NCBI GenBank assembly: GCA_009602725.1
Contig: WELB01000008.1
Span: 307,355-371,354, forward strand
DNA length: 64,000 nt
Direction of reading: 5' to 3'
Source of the DNA: Spirogloea muscicola
Lineage: Eukaryota
The translations under genes and the position numbers were made by a program. A model generated the notes under the pieces. The model was not told where the DNA came from, did not search any database, and worked only from the letters and a program-made list of their open reading frames with translations. Within the stretch, counting starts at the first letter, position 1. Each line of letters begins with the position of its first letter. Shown piece after piece: positions 57,458 to 64,000 of the stretch.

Positions 57458-57769
57458 ATCCCCGCGCTCTGCGGCAGCTGGGGCCGCCACCTCCTGGAAG
57501 GCGCGCAGCGCTAGCCGACCGAAGAATGCAGTTGATTGAAGCCAATTGACAGCGAGGGAGCAGTCGACGCCGCCGCCGTTGCCGCCGCGGCCGCCGCCGC
57601 CGCAGCCGCCGCCGCGGCGGCGCGGAAGCAGTTTCGCGCAAAGCGACGCCAGTTGCCGACCGTGGGGGTTCGAACCTCCGACGCCCCAAACGGCGTGCAC
57701 TTGGTTTTTAGTTTTCCCCCCCGTTTACGCTGGGTGCCCGCCACGCCATCGACCGTCGCTTCATGGGGA

Positions 57770-59085
57770 AGCCGGGAGCCGGGTCGCTAGCGCAGGTGTA
57801 CCGGATGCGCTTGGCCGTCTCGCGGCAGCGGTCAATGTCCCGCGCGCTGCACCTGCGGGCCGGCAGAGCCCTCGCTGCTGCCTCTGGCTCTGGCCAGGGG
57901 ACCCACTTCCAGGAGCCTAGCGTCTCTGACCTGAGGCTGCTTAGCAGGGGTGACTGAGTGATCCGTAGCTGCTTTGTTTCTTTGTGTGCTTGCTTTTCTT
58001 AGCGCTTCCCCTTCTGTCTCCGGACGACCTCCGGGGGCGCGCGCGGCTGCTCTCGGCGTCCTCACCAGGGGCGGCTGCCTGGTTGTCTGCCCTGCCGATC
58101 CACGACGCACTTCGGATGCCGGACGACGCCTTTCGCACGGCGGTGCACCGCCTCCTCGGCCTCCACCCCCCCTGCCTCAGTGGGGTACAGCAGTGTGAGT
58201 GTGGCGAGCGCGGTTCCGACGCGGCATCGTTGGCAGCTCACATGCTTAGGTGCGCATGGGGCGGGGAGCGGACAGGAACGCACGACCTGCTGCGAAATGC
58301 CATGTTTGGCATCTTCGTCGAGGCCGGTTATGCGGTGGCGCTCGAGAACACGAGCGTCATGCCTCCGACCGCTGGGGCGGATGGCCGCATCCACACCCGG
58401 CGCGCCGACCTCGTCGCCAGCGCGCTCGGCGGGGGGCCTCGGCTCATCGCAGACGTCGTCACCACTGACAGCTTTGCTTCCAGCAGCGCAAAGCGCTCGT
58501 CGGAGGAGGCGGGCTACGCAGTCGGCCAAGCGGCGGGCAAGAAGGAACGGAAGTACTCGGACCACCCGGTGGGCGACGAGTTCATTCCACTGGCAGTGGA
58601 CGTGCACGGAGCCTTTGGCTCCAAATGGCTTGACTTGCTCCACCGCCTGGCGCGGCGTGCAGCGGCCCGCCGCCTCGGGCAGCAGGGCGAGCAGCCCGGC
58701 TTCAACGTAGCCGGGTCCCTCGCTCAGGTGTTCCGTATGCGTTTGGCCGTCTCGATGCAGCGGTCCCTCGCCTTCGTGGTTCACTTGCGCGCAGGCCGAG
58801 CTTTGGCGGCGGCCTCCGGCTTCCGTCAGGGCGACGTCTTTCCACCAGCTAGCTACTCGGATCTGCATCTCCTGTCTAGAGGTTACTGAGCGTTCCCTGC
58901 TGATGTCTTAGTCCTAGTCGTTCGCACTCAAGCTCCCTCAGACCTTGCCCATTCTTTTGGGCTGGCCTTTCCCAGCCACCAGTCAATCTGGCCGCGCTTT
59001 CTCCTGGCCCCCTTCTCGTCCTTTGTTGATTCTTTTTTGGGCTGGCTTTTCCAGCCCCTATTCTCAATGGGCGAGGACTTCCTTT
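57770..59085 (+). mobile_element. CRE-like RLE retrotransposon: about 1-kb subfamily B copy (58012-58998) nested in the 3' UTR of a subfamily A copy
   Basis: Open ORF with zinc knuckle CECG..HMLRC, THD, RADL...ADV (PD-(D/E)xK-type RLE), KERKY and FIPLAVDVHGAFG, ending LLSRGY*. The A-type UTR is split around it, with an imperfect TSD TTCCCC/TTCTCC (58006-58011, 58999-59004). Confidence 0.88.
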
Positions 59086-60373
59086 TACTACGGCTCGGCC
59101 CGCGCCAGTCCAGCCGTCTCGCGGCTGCCTGCACAGGAGGGATGTCCAGGCCCCTGCGACTCATATTGGCTGGAATAAAATTCTTCAAATAAAGATTTAA
59201 AATCAAGGAATAATGGAGAAAGAGGAAAGGAAAGTAGGCGCGCGGTGCACATGGAAACGCCTTGTTGGAGTACGACATGGCGACGATCTGTGTGCTCTTC
59301 TGATGTAACCATAAGGAAGGCGATCAGAAGCTTGGATCTGCCCTCCACAATTGGACGTGCTTTTGGCATTGCTGAAGAATATGCGTGTGTATCAAGAGGT
59401 GGAGGGCCATGTGTGGCCGAGTACAAAGGTAAGCACATTGACAAATGTACGTCACCTGCTGCTAAGCTGACCCGCTCAGTAACCACGAGTCAGCACATAG
59501 AGGTCGCTAATTGATGCCCGAATACCGGACGGCAAACGACAAGCTCTTGAGCTACCAGCTAAGGCTCGACCAGCTTTCTGATGCAAAGCATGAGCCTGAC
59601 CTCGCAAAAAGGAAGAGGTGGTCACCTAGTTGTCTTAAGCTGTGCTCCTCTCCCTGACCACTGTCAACATGTTTGGCACTTTCAAGTCTTGCCTTCCAAC
59701 ACTGCTTGACAGGATGGCTAGCCCCAGGTGTGTCCGCTGCAAGAGTTCCACTGCCAAGCTGCATGGCTTGCCAGCAGCTTTATTTTGGCTGCATCACGAT
59801 TTTGCAATTTGCAGTGCGCTAAACCTGGACTGGAAAGCTGCGGCCACAACCTACAGCCTTTGTATGTAGCTAAGTGGCCTACTGTCATTAGTGACTGCAT
59901 ATCATCTGTATCTCAACCTTGTCACAAGACCCTGCCTCTCCATTATCACTATACAACAAGAGTTGCAAGAGCTGCAAGAGTTGCGTACGCTATCAATGGC
60001 AGTCGCAGCATACGAAGGCTGCGGGCAGCCAGCACTATCGCTGCAGCAGGTCCGAATATTGCAATTCAAGCTGCTGGCTGTGTGTGGCTGAGCCACCTCT
60101 ACTCCCGCTGCTTTGGAAGCCCACACAGTGCAGACTCTTGGGGTCTTAACGTGTGTTTGGTCTGCAGCCAGCTCCCCAAAGGGCCAGTGAGCGACCAGCT
60201 GGGTAGAAAACGTTGTCAGTGCAAAGCAGAAGGCCTGCAGCAAGCAAGCCGGAGCTGGCAGCAACAACATGCTGCAGGAGGTTGGCAGAAAGTGCAAAAG
60301 CCTTGCTGCAGGCTTGTGGACCAACACAATCCCCCCAGGAAAGATGTACACGTGTAGGGCGGCAAGGAGCCTC

Positions 60374-63300
60374 CTACCACCCGCTTTCCCGCAGCTTCTT
60401 GAGGAGTGTGTCGAGTGATTTGCGCTTGTTTGCCTGCTGCGGGCCTGGCCGCCCAAACAACTTCCCATCTGATGCGTCCTTGCACTTCTCCGCAATAGTC
60501 AGAACTCTGTCCGGCCGCAGCGCGAAGTAGTTCTTCTCTCTCACTGCTGCATTAAGGTACAGCTCCGGCTACAGCATGATTTCACGAATAAGTCAAGTCA
60601 GTCGCATTGACCAGATTACATATGGGGCTCAATGAATGCACTTCTTTGCAGCCCTTACTTAGCCGGCGGGAAACCTACCGTGTTACTGAGGAGGAGATTG
60701 ACCATCTGCCGTGCTTCAGCAAGACACAACCGGAGTGGCGTGACGCCGGCCAACTTCTGAAGCCCGCTCTCTCGATACTGCGAAAGTGGACGCCCAGTAA
60801 TGTGAGAGTTGAGGGGGAAATCAAGTGCAAGAACAAGGAGAAATTAAGGAGCTGATCCACCCTGACTATGCCGTCAAGCCACAGCACCTGCTCATCCGAG
60901 AAGCTCTCAAGCACCCGAAGGTCTGCAGAGATGCCCTCGAGCGCGTACACATTGAAACGCTTGACTTCATCACTACACAGCGCGCCGATGATGCAGTCGC
61001 TAATGTGCCGCATGATCCCCGCGCTGACCTGGCGTAGTACAGCCCACGATGGTGTCAAACTTGCAAAGAGGCTGCGTGTTGACGTTGCCTTATCAGACAT
61101 TCACATGCATAGTACAAAGAGCTGGAAAAGTCATACGAGTCTGCGAGTAAGGAGCGCACTTTCCCAAAGGCCTCAATGGGCAATATCTCCTGTGCAGTCT
61201 CCATCATCGTGTCCAGGTAGATGAAGAGGTCATTCAGGTATTCATTGCCGCCCTGTTTAGCATCGTAGCAGCATCGTATTAGCCTCGTACCCTCGACCCG
61301 TGAGTGCAGGACAACCCCTTGGCTGGCATTCAAAAAACAAATCTGGCACCGCATTGACTAATTTAGTGTGACAAGTTTTACTAATGCTTTGCTCCCAAGT
61401 CACAGTGCACCCAAATTACATGTCCGAGTGTATCACATTTACTATGTGGATAGCGCAACTTTGTGCATCAGTTGTACTATTGCATAGCGCAATACTATCA
61501 GAGCTGCTGCATTTTGCAAGGGCAATTCCAGATTGGACAGCCAACCTGCGGGAGCTCGTCGGGCATCCATACGATGCTATGGCTCAGCGTCATAAACTCG
61601 TCAATCTTGGACTTGACCAGCCGCAGCATCTGCTCGTGTGCTGCCGCCTGCACCAAGTGAGGGGAGCATGAGGATAGCAGCCTTCTCACAACAAGATGCG
61701 CACTCAATCCTAGTGCTTATTGCTGCGCATTCAGTTGAATGCCAACAAAGAACGTGTGAAGCACGACCGTTAGCTTGAAATAATTACTGGGAGCCATTCA
61801 AAGCATCACAATCTTCTGCTTTGTAGGGCTGACTTAACCCACTGGCTTGTACCTGCGACTGCCGCAGGACGGCTCGCGAGGCGAGGCTTCCATGCGTGCC
61901 ATCGACGAGCCGCACTGGAATGCCGCACAGCTTGGCGGCGTGCTCAGCAAAGAATCCACATGCCCGCTCTAGGACTGTCATGTTCGCAGCTATCTGCAAG
62001 ACAAGATCAGAATCAAGCACCACGTGTGAGCGATCAGGTGTTCTAAGCAAGGGTGCCCTGGTAAGGAGACATGCTAAGACGTGACTGATATCATGTCTTT
62101 CTACGATAAGGTTTTGAGAGAGAGAATGTAACTGAGGCAGAGTCAAAAGCCCGTCGGACGCAGTAGGATCACCTGCATGGCATGCGAGACGGCCAAGGTG
62201 GGTGTGTGGATCATGCGGAGGAGCGCCTCGTTCAGCACGCCAGTCAGCAGGCGGTCAAGATACTTGCGCACGGCTTCATAGTAGTCCATCTGCCCGCTGT
62301 AGGAGAGGAAGCTGACTGAGTCCATGATGAAGCTCCGCACGATGCGGCAGCACTCTGGGACCGTGGCTGAAAAGGGGGCGATGAAGGGGAAGGCGGGCAT
62401 GATGTCGGTGCTCTGCAATGCCAGCCTCAGTGGCGCACTCAATCAGCTTACTAGCCAAGACAGTGCTCCGTCAAAGCATATGCGTTGTCACACCTGGGTT
62501 GTATAAATCAAAAACCCAGGTGTGACAACGTAGAGTTGGAGTACTTATGCAACTGCTGGGGCTTAGCTTACAATTCGTTGAAGAGCACGGTTGAGATAAT
62601 GCCATGTCAATGATCTAACAACAATCCCCACATGCTTGCTGTGCTCATACTACACCCTCCTGCATACCTGAAGGTGGAAAGCAAGGACGTTCATCGAGTA
62701 CTCATACTCCTTCTTCATGAGCATCTTCTCGTATTTGTCATTGGCGAGAACGTCGTTGATTTGCCGACGACAGTCACTCAGCAGCAAATCGTGATACTTG
62801 TCTCTCATCAATTCTAGGACCTCAAGAAGCGGCGCGACCTGCAAGGCACGATAATCTCTTAACCTACACATAGTACCAGGATTTTATATTACAGTATCTA
62901 CTTGAAGGCTACCCTTTGTCTCATCCTTCATTGAAAATCAGTTAAGCGCTGATAGGGCAGACGACGATGCAGTTTGCAAGTACAATGAATCCAATGCAAG
63001 TCATGTCAGATCATGGCTCTTGGGAGGTATGCAGGGCTCATTGTGTCAAAGCCCCAAGGGCTGACCTGGTAGCCAAAGCGCCGGAGCGTTGAGCAGAGCA
63101 GGCTGACATAGTCCTTAACAAGCAAGAGGTGAGAAGCGGAGCCCATCCGTGTGAATTGCTCCTCAATCACCATCTTCATCTTGCTGATGGCGCCCTCCCA
63201 GAGACTGTCAACCTGCGATTCAGCTCACTGTCAGCAAAATACACCTGCTTGCTCGAAGCAGAAGTCAAACTTGTCACTGTCACATGGCATGAATAAATGA

Positions 63301-64000
63301 CAACAACAATAATGTCCCAGCTACCTCTCAGCACCTACTTGAAAGGTCGTTATGAGGCCGCCGCTGGTCCTCCTCACACGGTCCTCCACAATGAAGAAGC
63401 CTGCAGCTTGGGAGAAGTAGGTCTGGAACGCCTCCAGAAAGCTCTGCCCGGCCCCAAATTGCAGGTCTGAGTTCAGCTGCACACACACAAACAGCACAGA
63501 CGAGACTACAGTCAGACAAAGCAGAGTTTGAGATAGGAGATTGCTGGCACAGCCCTCTTGGCAGGCTTGAGATTCTCAGGAGCGGCAGTCTCAGATGCCT
63601 GACTGCAGATTAGTCTCGAATCCAGAGCCAGGGCTGAAGCGACCTGCAGCATGCGGTTCTTGAAGTAGAACTCCCGGAATTGGTCCTGGATGCCCAGACA
63701 CGTGTTGATGTAGAAGGCTCGGTGCACCGGCGTGAGGTCAAAAGCAAAGGCAACGTTCTCCTCCTCCTGGTCGTCTACCTCAAGCAAGTACACAGGATCC
63801 TTGGAATTTGCTCTCTGCTGCTCCTCTGCTTGACGCCTACACATGAAGTAGCAAGACAATACCTGCAAGCTGGTGATTGTGTAGCAGATGAAAAGGCCCG
63901 TCATCTGCATATGCCAGGGGCAGATGTTACAAGACCAACCATTCTGTGCAATAGACGTCACAAGTCAACTGCAATCGACTGGCAACCTACTTGAACCGAA
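60374..64000 (-). CDS. SEC15: Exocyst complex component SEC15, 3' portion, multi-exon
   Basis: [88 protein letters not shown] and VKRFNVYA, ending [15 protein letters not shown]. Confidence 0.95.
62483..62530. repeat. Perfect 18-bp inverted repeat in a SEC15 intron
   Basis: CGTTGTCACACCTGGGTT, 12-nt spacer, AACCCAGGTGTGACAACG. Confidence 0.9.

Noticed and set aside
57650..57700. tRNA-like T-loop (GGTTCGAACC); similar boxes near 12920 and 20945
   Set aside because: No acceptor stem, D arm or anticodon arm could be formed.
21235..59085. Recurrent ~40-bp palindromic motif as a CRISPR-like array
   Set aside because: Copies are dispersed, in both orientations, without regular spacers or cas genes, and sit at retrotransposon 3' ends.
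58890..59085. Hammerhead or HDV ribozyme in the retrotransposon UTR
   Set aside because: No CUGANGA/GAAA core or nested double pseudoknot could be built by eye; only simple hairpins are supported.

Overview
Eukaryotic nuclear DNA, intron-rich with GC-rich first exons. Gene content suggests a streptophyte alga, possibly Zygnematophyceae (inference only). Genes reconstructed exon by exon: organellar DNA gyrase B (+), CNOT3/NOT3 (-), a secreted GH28 polygalacturonase with an extra PMEI-like helical N-terminal domain (+), a disabled SIRT5-type sirtuin (-), an MTOPVIB-like meiotic gene with suspect splice acceptors (+), plastid RPS5 (-), a RING-CH/DUF3675 E3 ligase (+), a bacterial-type VOC/PhnB gene (-), a degenerate bHLH-VIII fragment (+), a TMEM41/VTT protein (+), a Cys-less pentameric ligand-gated ion channel (-) with a decayed tandem duplicate, and the 3' part of exocyst SEC15 (-). 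Promoter-side intergenic regions are packed with 5'-truncated CRE-like (restriction-like endonuclease, RLE) non-LTR retrotransposons of about five subfamilies (labelled A-E here). These nest into each other's 3' ends at pyrimidine-rich sites with visible target-site duplications (TSDs), and most share a hairpin-rich 3'-terminal motif seen more than 20 times. Also present: a PIF/Harbinger-type MITE, inverted Copia gag fragments and an N-gap. Best candidates for novelty are the PMEI-like/GH28 fusion, the algal pLGIC, and the self-nesting RLE retrotransposon community. All calls come from reading motifs by eye; no searches were run.
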